Shown: positions 28,401 through 36,791, numbered from the stretch's first letter. The stretch: DNA of 64,000 nt from Parachlamydiales bacterium (GCA_942491955.1 CALOCV010000015.1:47762-111761); one strand, 5' to 3'. The notes: generated by a model from the letters alone, not told the origin. Numbers and translations: made by a program.

Positions 28401-29739
28401 TATTTTCCGTTTCTTGCAAAGCAATGAATTCGTAGCTGCCGGGAAACACGGTTACAGGACTTGGAGAAAGAAGATTGGAGATGTCCACCACGCGTAGACC
28501 TCCGAAGCATGAAAGAAACGCAGAAAAAGCGTGGACAACACCATTACCACATAAGTCACCATGTGTATAGGTGCCGAGAGGTTGCGGATTGTTGGGATCC
28601 GAGACGTTCCACACTTGGAAAGGTTCATAGGAAGGAAAGGCGTAGAGGATCTTTGTTGTTGCATTCACAAAAACTTGATTGAAACCGCCAGTGGAAAAAT
28701 GGGAGCGAAGGGTTCCTGCTGTAAAATTTTCCATGACAAACCCTGGTTTAGCGGCAATATCAGGGAAAAGGACGTGTCCATCAGGATCTTCGAAATGATC
28801 GACAATATTTTCCACTTCAAAAGAGTCTCCGACATTGAGTACGATATTGGAGAATTCTTCAATCAAGTCGGGAGGGTTGTTTTGTGCGCGTGAAAAGCCC
28901 CACATCGAAGAAAAGACGATACATGCAGCTGCATGGGAGGAGCTGGCACTGTAGGATAAGGGAGACAGGGCTATACTTCCAAGAGCACCTGCTGCCCAAA
29001 GGGGAAGATCAGGTCCAGTGGAGTAGAGGTTGGATGAAGTAAGAAAAGGAGTCAAAGTGGCGTTGGAAAGGGGGAGTAAGGTCAATAAAAGAAGTTTGCC
29101 TTTGTGCTTTTCTGCGAACTTTGAGGAGTGAAAGAGGGGCTTTAGGGGTAAGCGCAATGTTCCAGTGGCTTCGCCAAGTGCTTGTGCGAGGTAAAAAAGA
29201 TCATCAAAAAAGACTTCTTGAAAAGGTTTTTTAGGAGTGGCATCTTTTGTACAAAAAAAATGCGCTTTTCCGGTATCGAGATGGTTAAAGCGGAAAAGGA
29301 TGCCAAACTCTTCTGTAAGGCAAGAAAATAGTTCCTCTTGAGAGAGATTGGTATAGCCCCATGCTCCGTTGTTGTGGAGTTTGTAGAGAAAAGTGGGTTT
29401 TTCTTTTCGAAGATCTTTGATTTCCCAAATGTCGCAATCGGATCGATTTGCTAACCATTCGTGGAGTGTTGTTTCATCCTGGAAAAGAATTTTTTCCTCC
29501 CAGGAGGTCGATGTATTGCGGAAGGTGATATTCAGAACGCATTTTCCCTTTTCTTTGGTTAGTCGTGCCGATTTGAAGGTGCAGGAGGGCAATTGCGAGG
29601 CAATGAGTCGATTCCAAGCGCTTTCAGTGGCATTGCTGACCCGAGGATCCGTTTGTTTAGAGTGGGAATCAAAAAGGGGAATTGGTTGCACAGGCCGAAA
29701 CCACGAACCAACAATAGGCAAAGAGGAAAAAACGTTCAT
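25450..29739 (-). CDS. Receptor-like membrane Ser/Thr protein kinase: N-terminal domain, LVIVD-repeat beta-propeller, two cadherin/He_PIG-like Ig domains, Ser/Thr-rich stalk, TM helix, eukaryotic-type kinase domain, acidic Tyr-motif tail
   Basis: 1429 aa.
- LVIVD-type repeats: VWNVSDPNNPQPL, LRVVDISNLLSP, VYGVDISNPGSPA, RILDVTNTTYP.
- GTPxxxxxG...D Ig-like repeats at aa 645-772.
- Ser-rich region at aa 775-905.
- TM helix LTIVIIVVAGVVIAVGIGGGAVIL.
- Kinase motifs GKGNFGEI, FVAKVV, HLDLKGANVL, ITDFGCA, YRAPE, DMWSLG. Confidence 0.85.
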   Translation of the reverse strand: MNVFSSLPIVGSWFRPVQPIPLFDSHSKQTDPRVSNATESAWNRLIASQLPSCTFKSARLTKEKGKCVLNITFRNTSTSWEEKILFQDETTLHEWLANRSDCDIWEIKDLRKEKPTFLYKLHNNGAWGYTNLSQEELFSCLTEEFGILFRFNHLDTGKAHFFCTKDATPKKPFQEVFFDDLFYLAQALGEATGTLRLPLKPLFHSSKFAEKHKGKLLLLTLLPLSNATLTPFLTSSNLYSTGPDLPLWAAGALGSIALSPLSYSASSSHAAACIVFSSMWGFSRAQNNPPDLIEEFSNIVLNVGDSFEVENIVDHFEDPDGHVLFPDIAAKPGFVMENFTAGTLRSHFSTGGFNQVFVNATTKILYAFPSYEPFQVWNVSDPNNPQPLGTYTHGDLCGNGVVHAFSAFLSCFGGLRVVDISNLLSPSPVTVFPGSYEFIALQETENIIWINERSGPLVYGVDISNPGSPAIVSSFNNTETARELHISENGLLFIPYGYQQGTRILDVTNTTYPQALETIPSGDIPLGVSTLRQSPVTYIDTAERFNGFSLYVRFDGFTPVLVKNFDEGSNSACAISSGGGAVIGSYCSAGQQEIVIIRRNPSPPQIVGRFPLSETPASTFSLNNWLYIPTANGMFIYDILGLSLYGTPQSGDQGVHTVTPRVTDGIGGTHPRSFTITVLNRDPFATNPIGNQTASYGNFFAFTPNTTEAFGDPDEDPIHLSGGVFPNWLALVNNTFSGTPTVEHLGPHIVIATGTDGFGGFANNTFFIEVIPPPTEATTGSTIPTSSSSTTTPSSSNPSSTASSSSNPSSMASSSLSSSMNPSNSTPATTDSAGTSSHSPSSSSSITHSSSFSSSLPTDISSSSSNVPTSSSLPTSEPSFSSSLPPSSSSTEPTAPAGNSSSSEGNNTLTIVIIVVAGVVIAVGIGGGAVILTRRGRNGDRLLDRESIYNGRASSIASFELQPIEKQITSVFGQGQYGWLDLSQVEERKSVCEETGLVIPEKINTGSPVNPRWVPNEKGVFGKGNFGEIRICWKMDPGCYFVAKVVEGEANCTASEKEANTQKTAAEKSGGEGIWPIQNTIRDPANNRLIHLMEPAGLGSVDNVYTKLTLFPPEDRSTYQTIYAQYIAHDIGIGLYHLHRDSKKSPRIFHLDLKGANVLVSKEGKIGITDFGCAKESTTKFIYPGDGDYRYRAPEGLFSSVTRKPFCKEVDGAALDMWSLGALLLEFMKEKPIVSLLNLPVPNVQAKQTFFETNDTLEKLQETIQDALNTIPELKNPETTSIYFVIKNLLQIDPKQRWTAEQMLKADHFKQFKENSETRVGFFSKLSTYSSARKASPTSISSSEKEEAYQPFGSAASTISPTSEEDYQTQPIHSTETVSNQEDDYQTGLPRGDFYNQADREECYMPIAPSGKDPHGKGKESDDAEDTYN

Positions 29740-29995
29740 TTTATCTCCTTAAAAAAGAAACTAATGCTAATGAAAAACGGGAGGTTTGTTTTCAAAAGGC
29801 GAAGAGATAAAAGAAAAGTCGGCAAGAAATGTAACTACGAGAAGTAACAATGTACTCCTCTAGTAAGTCTTCTGTCAAGGTGAAATAAATAGATCCCCAC
29901 CACTTTATCCCAGGAAACACATTCACAGCGGGAATGGCTCTAAGAACCTGTCTTCATACTTAAAATGAGCTAAATTCGTCTCCTGGAGAGAAAAT

Positions 29996-30340
29996 GACTG
30001 TGTTGCCTAATTCGTTTAAAAAGGTGAAATACAAAACGAAGAACGGTTGCGGTTAAGATAGCTGTGTCAGAAAAAAGAAAGGGTCTTCCCTTTTTATGGG
30101 GGATTTTCTTTGCGTGCCAAGCGCGCAACAAATCTTTGCGTACCCAGAAAGTAAGACTTCCTCTTTGAATCAGAGATTTGTTATACTGACGCCAATTACG
30201 TTTTTGAGATTTCATAAGGGTACTCCTTTGAGTTTTAACTGAACCTAGGAGATTACCCTTATTTTTTTGCCTTGAAAAGAGAATTTTCTGGAAAAATTCT
30301 CTATCGCGAATTTTTGCCCTAGGAATTAGGCAACACAGTC
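29996..30340 (-). mobile_element. Miniature deletion derivative of an IS (IS5-superfamily-like transposase N-terminal fragment) with perfect 18-bp TIRs
   Basis: TIRs gactgtgttgcctaattc (29996-30013) / gaattaggcaacacagtc (30323-30340). Internal minus-strand fragment MKSQKRNWRQYNKSLIQRGSLTFWV...KKGRPFLFSDTAI resembles transposase N-termini. Confidence 0.7.
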
Positions 30341-30573
30341 GCATTGGAGATAACCTTGACTCATTCCTACCCAAGCAATATCAATCTCGAACAAGTGGCG
30401 TACTTGTCACTATTTTTTTTACACAAGAAAAATTTCAAGAGGGATTATATACCCAAACAACTTCTGAACGGGTTCTTATACCAAATGCGATAAGCTTTTC
30501 TTTTCTTTTGTTTTCTTTTCTGCTATCTTTCTACAGAAGAACTCCTTGGAATAACTAGAATAAAGGGATTAAA

Positions 30574-31386
30574 ATGAAATTTTTTTTACACAGTACTTTG
30601 ATAGTACTACTCTTTACAACCGGACTTAGTGCTCAAGAAACGGAGAGCACTGAAGAGAAAAAACATGTTCCTGTTGGAGAAAGAAGAGTCTCTCTTGCAG
30701 AAGAGATGAAACTCTACGAGCAACAATGGGAAAAAATCAAAGAATACTTTGCTGAACAAGGGATCGCCTTAGGTGAAGAAGGAATCGTTCCAGAAGAAGT
30801 CTCTTTACCACAAGCTTCTGAAAAAACGGTGCCATCCTTGCATCGCGTTGCTGTAGGAGGTTCGCAACCCTCTACCGGCATTCCTCATAGTTTGGGCGCT
30901 TATTATATTCAGCATGCAGGTGCCCATTACTATCCTGCTGTGGTTGCATTTGATGGTTCCACTGTGGAGTTGCACGACGGCTCGATTTGGTCCATCCGTA
31001 TCGCTGATCGATTGGCAACATTGAATTGGTACACCAACGATCCTATTTTGGTCACACAAAATAACGATTTGTTTTCTTTATACAAATATCGTTTGATCAA
31101 TATGACAACGGGTGCTGCTGTTCGTACCAATCTCACCCTGGGTCCTATTTACAATGGGGTCTATACCTATTGGATCACTTGGATTGACTACGACAATCGT
31201 TTGGTTTTTTTAAACGATGGATCCTGTTTTCAGGTTTCGATTTGGGATAATTCTTCTCTCCATAAATGGATTGAAAATGATACGATCATCATCGGTGTGA
31301 ATAGCCAGTTCGATAAGAGTTGGAATCCCCATATTCTTTTGAATGTGACTTGGGGCGGTCACGTCAAGGCAGAAGCCCGTTATTAA
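30574..31386 (+). CDS. Secreted hypothetical protein
   Basis: 270 aa with signal peptide MKFFLHSTLIVLLFTTGLSAQE. No known motif recognised. Confidence 0.6.
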   Translation: MKFFLHSTLIVLLFTTGLSAQETESTEEKKHVPVGERRVSLAEEMKLYEQQWEKIKEYFAEQGIALGEEGIVPEEVSLPQASEKTVPSLHRVAVGGSQPSTGIPHSLGAYYIQHAGAHYYPAVVAFDGSTVELHDGSIWSIRIADRLATLNWYTNDPILVTQNNDLFSLYKYRLINMTTGAAVRTNLTLGPIYNGVYTYWITWIDYDNRLVFLNDGSCFQVSIWDNSSLHKWIENDTIIIGVNSQFDKSWNPHILLNVTWGGHVKAEARY

Positions 31387-31435
31387 TGACAAGGGGAGGA
31401 GTTCAGCTCCTCCCTGTAATGAATAGGAGTTTGGT

Positions 31436-32074
31436 ATGGTACAAATTTTAGGTGCGCAATTTCATCATCTTACGTCGCGTCTTGAAGAGCCTATTGATTC
31501 GAACAACAACCCGAATCACAATCCTTTAGAAAACTCACCTGTGGAGAATGAACCCAAACAGGAAAACCAAGGTTCTGGGATAACGTGGAAACACATAGGG
31601 ATTGCATTGGCGATTATCGCAGCTGTTGGTGCGGCTATTCTTATCCCTACGGCTCTTGTATTTTCTGTGGAAGTCCTTCTTATAGGAGGCCTTGTTGCTG
31701 CTCTTGCGGCGATAGGAGCCGTTTCATCCGTTTTTGCTGTTCCCTCTCGATCTTATGTCATAGGTCATCGACCGAATCGTTCATGGTATTTCACAAATCC
31801 TTTTGTCGTTCGTGGAGGTGGAGGAAGAGAAATTCCAGGAGCTGCTAGACGAGGTTTTTGGTCTTCTATGTTCTCTTCGGGAAGAGAAGTGCCTGGAGAC
31901 GGAAGAGGCGTTCCTGCTCGTGGGGGAGGAAGAGGTGGTGTTCCTGCAAGAGAAATTCCTGGAAGAGGAGGTCCCGCTCGGGAACCGGCTCCAGCGCGTG
32001 GTGGTAGCCCCGCTCGTGGTGGTGGAGATTCGGCAGGTGGAAGAGAACCTCCTGGTCGAGGATACCGTCGTTAA
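31436..32074 (+). CDS. Membrane protein with ~50-aa bilobed hydrophobic domain and Arg-Gly-rich (RGG/PARGG repeat) C-terminal tail; Inc-like candidate
   Basis: Hydrophobic block HIGIALAIIAAVGAAILIPTALVFSVEVLLIGGLVAALAAIGAVSSVFAV. Tail GGGREIPGAARRG...GRGVPARGGGRGGVPAREIPGRGGPAREPAPARGGSPARGGG. Confidence 0.6.
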   Translation: MVQILGAQFHHLTSRLEEPIDSNNNPNHNPLENSPVENEPKQENQGSGITWKHIGIALAIIAAVGAAILIPTALVFSVEVLLIGGLVAALAAIGAVSSVFAVPSRSYVIGHRPNRSWYFTNPFVVRGGGGREIPGAARRGFWSSMFSSGREVPGDGRGVPARGGGRGGVPAREIPGRGGPAREPAPARGGSPARGGGDSAGGREPPGRGYRR

Positions 32075-32092
32075 CAGCACAAGAACGGGTCT

Positions 32093-32197
32093 TATACCAA
32101 ACGCGATAAATAAACGCACAAATTGATCTCCATATCCAAAACAAATTCCAAAAAAAAATCTTGAATCCAATTTATGCGTTTATTTATCGCGTTTGGT
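32093..32197 (-). mobile_element. MITE-1-related short variant with its own 25-bp TIRs
   Basis: ataccaaacgcgataaataaacgca ... tgcgtttatttatcgcgtttggtat. The interior shares cacaaattgatc and aaaaaaatcttgaatcca blocks with MITE-1 but lacks the central hairpin. Confidence 0.6.
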
Positions 32198-32198
32198 A

Positions 32199-33143
32199 TT
32201 AGAGTCTTCGTGTCTCATCGCCTCGAGGTTTTGAAAGAAGTCTATTGCTATATTTAAGACCCTTAACACCGCGGCGTTGAAGAGGGGTTCCATGGAGTTT
32301 TTCGGGGGCGTTTTCTAGCTCTTCAATGTCGTTGCTCTGTAGGTGTGTTCCCAAACCCTGATCGGATGAGAATTCGGCATGAGAAGAGAGGAGAGTGCGT
32401 GCATTGTGAGGGCAGACATCTTGGCAGACATCACAACCAAAGAGGTAGCCTGGATTTTTTTCTTGAATCTCTTCGGGAATGGGGTCTTTAGATTCAATGA
32501 GATGATAGGAGAGGCACCGTGTTGCATCGAGAGTGTACGGTGAGATAAGAGCTTGCGTGGGGCAGCTATCCAGACATCGTGTGCAGGAACCGCATCGCGG
32601 AAGGCGGAGTTCGATTCTTTCCTCGGTAAAAGAGAGGGTCGTTAGCAGACCTGAGATGAGGATAAAAGTACCGAAGCGCCGGTGTATGAGAAGAGTATTT
32701 TTCCCCATCCATCCCAAACCCGCTTGGACGGCTAATGCTTTTTCTAATAGGGGAGAGGAGTCGCTAAATCCTTTGGCAATCTCTTTTTGACCCGTTTTTT
32801 CTTCGAGCCATTGAATGAAATTTTTTAATCGTTTTCGATGGATGTGGTGGTAATCTTTTCCTCGTGCGTAGGAAGCGATTAAGCCAGGTTTCTCTTTCGG
32901 ATCGATTTTCTCTTGTTTGTAGTAGGAAACAAAGAGAACGGCCGTTTTAGCTCCTGGAAAAAAAGCTTGAGGGTCGATGCGAGCGCGATTCTCCATATAA
33001 GACATCGACCCATGATATTCCTTCTCGAGCCATTGCAGATAGGAGTCGATCTCTTCTTGTGCGATTTGAGCCGGCGTAATGCCAATGTCATCATAGCCAA
33101 TGGTAAAAGCTTTCTCTCGTAATTCTTCGAACGAGAGGCTCAT
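32199..33143 (-). CDS. queG: Epoxyqueuosine reductase QueG
   Basis: 314 aa. Ferredoxin-type clusters CGSCTRCLDSCP and CDVCQDVCP, plus the QueG-like N-terminal pattern. Confidence 0.9.
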   Translation of the reverse strand: MSLSFEELREKAFTIGYDDIGITPAQIAQEEIDSYLQWLEKEYHGSMSYMENRARIDPQAFFPGAKTAVLFVSYYKQEKIDPKEKPGLIASYARGKDYHHIHRKRLKNFIQWLEEKTGQKEIAKGFSDSSPLLEKALAVQAGLGWMGKNTLLIHRRFGTFILISGLLTTLSFTEERIELRLPRCGSCTRCLDSCPTQALISPYTLDATRCLSYHLIESKDPIPEEIQEKNPGYLFGCDVCQDVCPHNARTLLSSHAEFSSDQGLGTHLQSNDIEELENAPEKLHGTPLQRRGVKGLKYSNRLLSKPRGDETRRL

Positions 33144-34072
33144 GCTTTTTTAAGTAAAAACTTTTTCATGAAGCGAGTCATTTTGCTTTTGGATGGTTGA
33201 GGGGGTGTTCCCTTTCTTCCATTCGCGACTTCGTGAAGGTTTTCTATGGCAATAAATGCATGAGGGTCTTCTTGTAGGATAAGCTCTTTTAATTCAGCAA
33301 GTTGAAGTCTTTCTGCAATCACGTACAAAATCTCTCTTTCACGTCCTGAAAATCCCCCTCTTCCATACATGATGGTACACCCTAAACCGAGTTCATGAAT
33401 GACGCGATATGTAATTTCTTTGGAATGTGTGGAAATGACAATGACCGATTTGGTTTCATCGAGTCCAACGATCACGGCATCCATTACTTTGATGACCACT
33501 AGATAGGTGATCAACGAAAGAAGAGGAGGATGCCAATCTTGGAAGACGAGACCTGCTGCGCCAAAAACAAAGACATTACAAAAGAGGACGACTTGTCCGA
33601 CAGTAAAATCACTTTTTTTATTGAGAATGATCCCAAGGACTTCGGTTCCATCAAGACTGCCTCCGGTCCGAATAATCAAGCCAAGTCCAATACCAAGAAT
33701 GGCACCTGCAATAACAACCACCTCCAAAATTTCCCCGTGAAACTCGAGGTGGGGGAAAAATGTTGAGAAGACCCAAAGCCAAACCGAGAAGACCATCACG
33801 GCGACAAACATGTGAATAAGGAATACTTTCCCAATAAAGCGGTATGCAAGAAACAAAAAGGGGAGGTTAAAGAGAATTAGAAAAAAGGGAATCATATTCT
33901 TTCCAACAAGAGTTCCACAGATCATTGCTGCACCGACCATCCCTCCATCAATGAGGCGATTCGGAATGAAAAAAACGCGAATCGAGAACGCTGCCAATAG
34001 AGCCCCGATAATCATGATGAAATAGAGAAAAAGCTCTCCTTTCCAAGATTTGGCGGATGTCGATGTTTTCAT
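33140..34072 (-). CDS. YitT-family membrane protein (DUF2179 C-terminal domain)
   Basis: 310 aa. 5-6 TM followed by a soluble C-terminal domain (ISTHSKEITYRVIHELGLGCTIMYGRGGFSG). 4-nt overlap with queG. Confidence 0.8.
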   Translation of the reverse strand: MKTSTSAKSWKGELFLYFIMIIGALLAAFSIRVFFIPNRLIDGGMVGAAMICGTLVGKNMIPFFLILFNLPFLFLAYRFIGKVFLIHMFVAVMVFSVWLWVFSTFFPHLEFHGEILEVVVIAGAILGIGLGLIIRTGGSLDGTEVLGIILNKKSDFTVGQVVLFCNVFVFGAAGLVFQDWHPPLLSLITYLVVIKVMDAVIVGLDETKSVIVISTHSKEITYRVIHELGLGCTIMYGRGGFSGREREILYVIAERLQLAELKELILQEDPHAFIAIENLHEVANGRKGTPPQPSKSKMTRFMKKFLLKKA

Positions 34073-34312
34073 AGTACGGAATCCAAGGGGTCAAGATTAG
34101 GATCTAATACCAATCCTAATAAATAAGAGACTAGTGTGTGTCGGCAAAAAACTAGAGGAGTGTCTCATGATACTGATTGCGTTGAACGATATTCAGCCTC
34201 ACCCACGAAGTCCAACGTGTTTTGGCTTCTGCATCGCTCATCCACTACAACGATCCACCAATATAGATAAGCTTTAAGAGTCGATGCGAATGAATGCGTG
34301 TTCAACGCATTT

Positions 34313-34386
34313 CGCGGGAGACGGGACTCGAACCCGTAACTTCCGGCGTGACAGGCCGGTGCTCTAACCAGTTGAACTACTCCCGC
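34313..34386 (-). tRNA. tRNA-Asp (GTC)
   Basis: The reverse complement folds as a cloverleaf: acceptor gcgggag/ctcccgc, anticodon loop ctGTCac, T-loop ttcgagt. Confidence 0.9.
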
Positions 34387-34400
34387 AGTGATTCATATGA

Positions 34401-34473
34401 TGGGCGCAACAGGACTCGAACCTATGACCACCTGTGTGTAAGACAGGCGCTCTACCAACTGAGCTATGCGCCC
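34401..34473 (-). tRNA. tRNA-Val (TAC)
   Basis: Reverse complement: acceptor gggcgca/tgcgccc, anticodon stem cctgt/acagg with loop ctTACac, T-loop ttcgagt. Confidence 0.9.
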
Positions 34474-34881
34474 ACACAAAATTCGGTATTACGATAGCCT
34501 GAAAGAAATTAAAAGACAAGTGATTTTCTGGCCGTTGATGTCTCGATCAAAAAATCGTCGCCAAGCTAGAAAAACTTTCAGAACCTGTCTTCACACTTCA
34601 AATGGTATTACGTTTTTCAATCGCCTTGGGTGCGGAATGTAGGGTACATCAGTTTACCAAAATTTTCCGGAGAAAAGAGAATAAAAAATAATAAATTTGA
34701 TACAATGAAGTGGTTTTCTCGGAAAGACGCCAAGAAGATCCTGGCCCAATTTTTGATTTGGTCACCATAGGGCGTGTCATCAATTGGATGAATTTGTGAA
34801 TCATTGTAAATACTGCCAGACAGAATTTTAGCCAATTGGCAACACGCCCTAGTTTTGCAAATGCCTTAAGAATGGATTTTT

Positions 34882-35997
34882 ATGAATAATACCTCGTCTC
34901 TATTCCGCATCTTTTTCTCTTTGGAACATTTATTGCACCCCATGAGTCGAGCAAAGGACAAGCAAGATTTATCTAAAATTGCGACGAAGGAAAAAGTTCT
35001 TACAGCTGCCCTATACGTCTTATTAGGGTGCACAGTGCTTGGGTTTGTTGTCGTTGGGGCTTATTTTTGGACAGCAAGGAAAAAAGTAATCCAATTATCA
35101 TCGAGTGATTTTCCGAAAGTGCCTCGACCACAAGCACCGAGTCGATCGACTACACCACCTCCAAAGCCGAGATCTACACTATCCCCAAAACCGTTAGAAA
35201 CCGTACCTCCTCCCAAAGAAATAGAAAAAGAAGAAAAGGTAGCAAGGCAGGTTCATGCAGATGAGTTTGATTCCTTCCTCTTCGCTCTCTTTACCGAAAC
35301 GGATCGCCTCGATTGCCTTTTTAAAGAAAAAAACAATGATACCGAAGAGGCAAAACAGGTAAGATGTTATTTACGACAAATTAAAAAGGAATTGGAAGGG
35401 GATAGGGGGAAAATGAATCCAGAATTAACGGCAAAGATGTATGGTATCTTGTTGAGAGAGGTGGAAGGAATAGAGCCATTACATAATAAAACCCTCGGAG
35501 ATCAAACGATCATCGGGATTCAAATGATTCCAGCTTTGCAGAAGCTTTTACAGATTGGTGTGAATGAGATACAAAGTTTTGATATTTTCGCTCCTACCGG
35601 TTTGCTTGATTTGGATGACTTGCTTCGAAGTGGCGAAGTGTGGATGGATTTAGATTTGAAAGGCATTAAGGAGAGCGAGCCCGAAATGGTTTTTTTTAAC
35701 ATTCGCCGTCCTAAAAAATCGGAAGGCTGTTCGTTTGTTCAGGTTCCAACAGAGTGTACATTGAGGGGAGTGGAATATTTTGTTCGAGGGGGGGCTTTTC
35801 AAACCAAGGACAACCAATTTGTTGGTATTCAGATGAGAGAGGCAGAGTGGCGTCAACAGCTTAGTAAAGTTCCGGAGAAAGGAGAAATGCATTCTGTAAA
35901 AGAGCTATGTCTATGTACGGAAGAAGATAAAGATACATTTCAGAGAAGAATGCATTTGTTAATTTTGGTAAAAAAAAATAGTGTATCTCGGTCGTGA
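34882..35997 (+). CDS. Hypothetical membrane-anchored protein with Pro-rich linker
   Basis: 371 aa. TM segment VLTAALYVLLGCTVLGFVVVGAYFW, then PRPQAPSRSTTPPPKPRSTLSPKPLETVPPPKE. The C-terminal domain is unassigned. Confidence 0.55.
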   Translation: MNNTSSLFRIFFSLEHLLHPMSRAKDKQDLSKIATKEKVLTAALYVLLGCTVLGFVVVGAYFWTARKKVIQLSSSDFPKVPRPQAPSRSTTPPPKPRSTLSPKPLETVPPPKEIEKEEKVARQVHADEFDSFLFALFTETDRLDCLFKEKNNDTEEAKQVRCYLRQIKKELEGDRGKMNPELTAKMYGILLREVEGIEPLHNKTLGDQTIIGIQMIPALQKLLQIGVNEIQSFDIFAPTGLLDLDDLLRSGEVWMDLDLKGIKESEPEMVFFNIRRPKKSEGCSFVQVPTECTLRGVEYFVRGGAFQTKDNQFVGIQMREAEWRQQLSKVPEKGEMHSVKELCLCTEEDKDTFQRRMHLLILVKKNSVSRS

Positions 35998-36136
35998 ATG
36001 CAAAAAGGTTCTATACGATGTATACCCAAACAACTTCAAGAATTGGATTTATGGCTTTGAGAAAACCCATAAATCCAATTAGCGACTTTGCGTTTCCATT
36101 TTTTTAGGCAAAACTTCTCCGACAAGACCTTGCTTT

Positions 36137-36791
36137 ATACCAATTCCGGTAAGAAAATGCATAAAGTGGATTCAGGATTTTTTTGCGAAATTTGTTTTGG
36201 AGATCGCAGCAAACTCTTGTGAGTTTGCACTATAGTTTATAGGTTTTCGCGTTGTCCATGGGGTGTTTTGAGAAAAAAAGGATTGAAAGAGGCTTCAATG
36301 TGGAGTGCGGAGGCCTTGGCCTCCGCTGTGGTAGATGCCGGCCCCGCCGGCATCATTAACGCCGGCAGGGCCGGCGTTTGAAAAGCGATGGCAGGGCCAT
36401 CGCACTCCATATTACAGCTAATTTCAATGTACCTTCGGGAAGGTGTGAGGAATTACAAGGGCCTTGGCCTTCGCTGTAGAAGATGCCGGCCCTGCCGGCA
36501 TCACTGCAGATGGCGAGTTCTTTAGCTCGAATAAAAGCTTCTTCTTTGCAAAAAGCATCTCTCCACGAATCGAATATCTGAAATAAAGGTTTGAGTAGGT
36601 TCTTAGTGTTCCTTTAGTTGATTAAATAGAATGACTATGAACCTTACTATTTTTTCCAAAAAGAAAAATTTCTCCTAACTAAAAATCCTATAAACTATAG
36701 AGCAAATTCTTGTGAGTTTGCAAGATAGAAAAACAGATTGCGCAAAGAAAGATGAAGATCAATTTGTGCACTTTCTTACCGGAATTGGTAT
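36137..36791 (+). mobile_element. MITE-1 copy C, split by a nested 471-bp element
   Basis: The left arm ends at ...cttgtgagtttgca (36229). The right arm resumes at agcaaattcttgtgagtttgcaagatag (36701). Both TIRs are intact. Confidence 0.8.
36230..36700. mobile_element. Nested non-coding element with 14-bp perfect TIRs and a GC-rich multi-hairpin core
   Basis: TIRs ctatagtttatagg / cctataaactatag. Flanked by a 22-bp duplication of the MITE hairpin (agcaaaCtcttgtgagtttgca / agcaaaTtcttgtgagtttgca). The core at 36298-36412 has an outer stem tggagtgcg/cgcactcca enclosing 3-4 GC hairpins. No ORF of 60 aa or more. Confidence 0.65.

Noticed and set aside
31585-32170. Overlapping ORFs on both strands across the RGG-tail region
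   Set aside because: They are shadows of the GC-rich Arg-Gly repeat. Only the 31436-32074 frame has a coherent N-terminal and hydrophobic domain.
34294-34497. 67-aa plus-strand ORF
   Set aside because: It is antisense to tRNA-Asp and tRNA-Val and is an artefact of the tRNA sequences.
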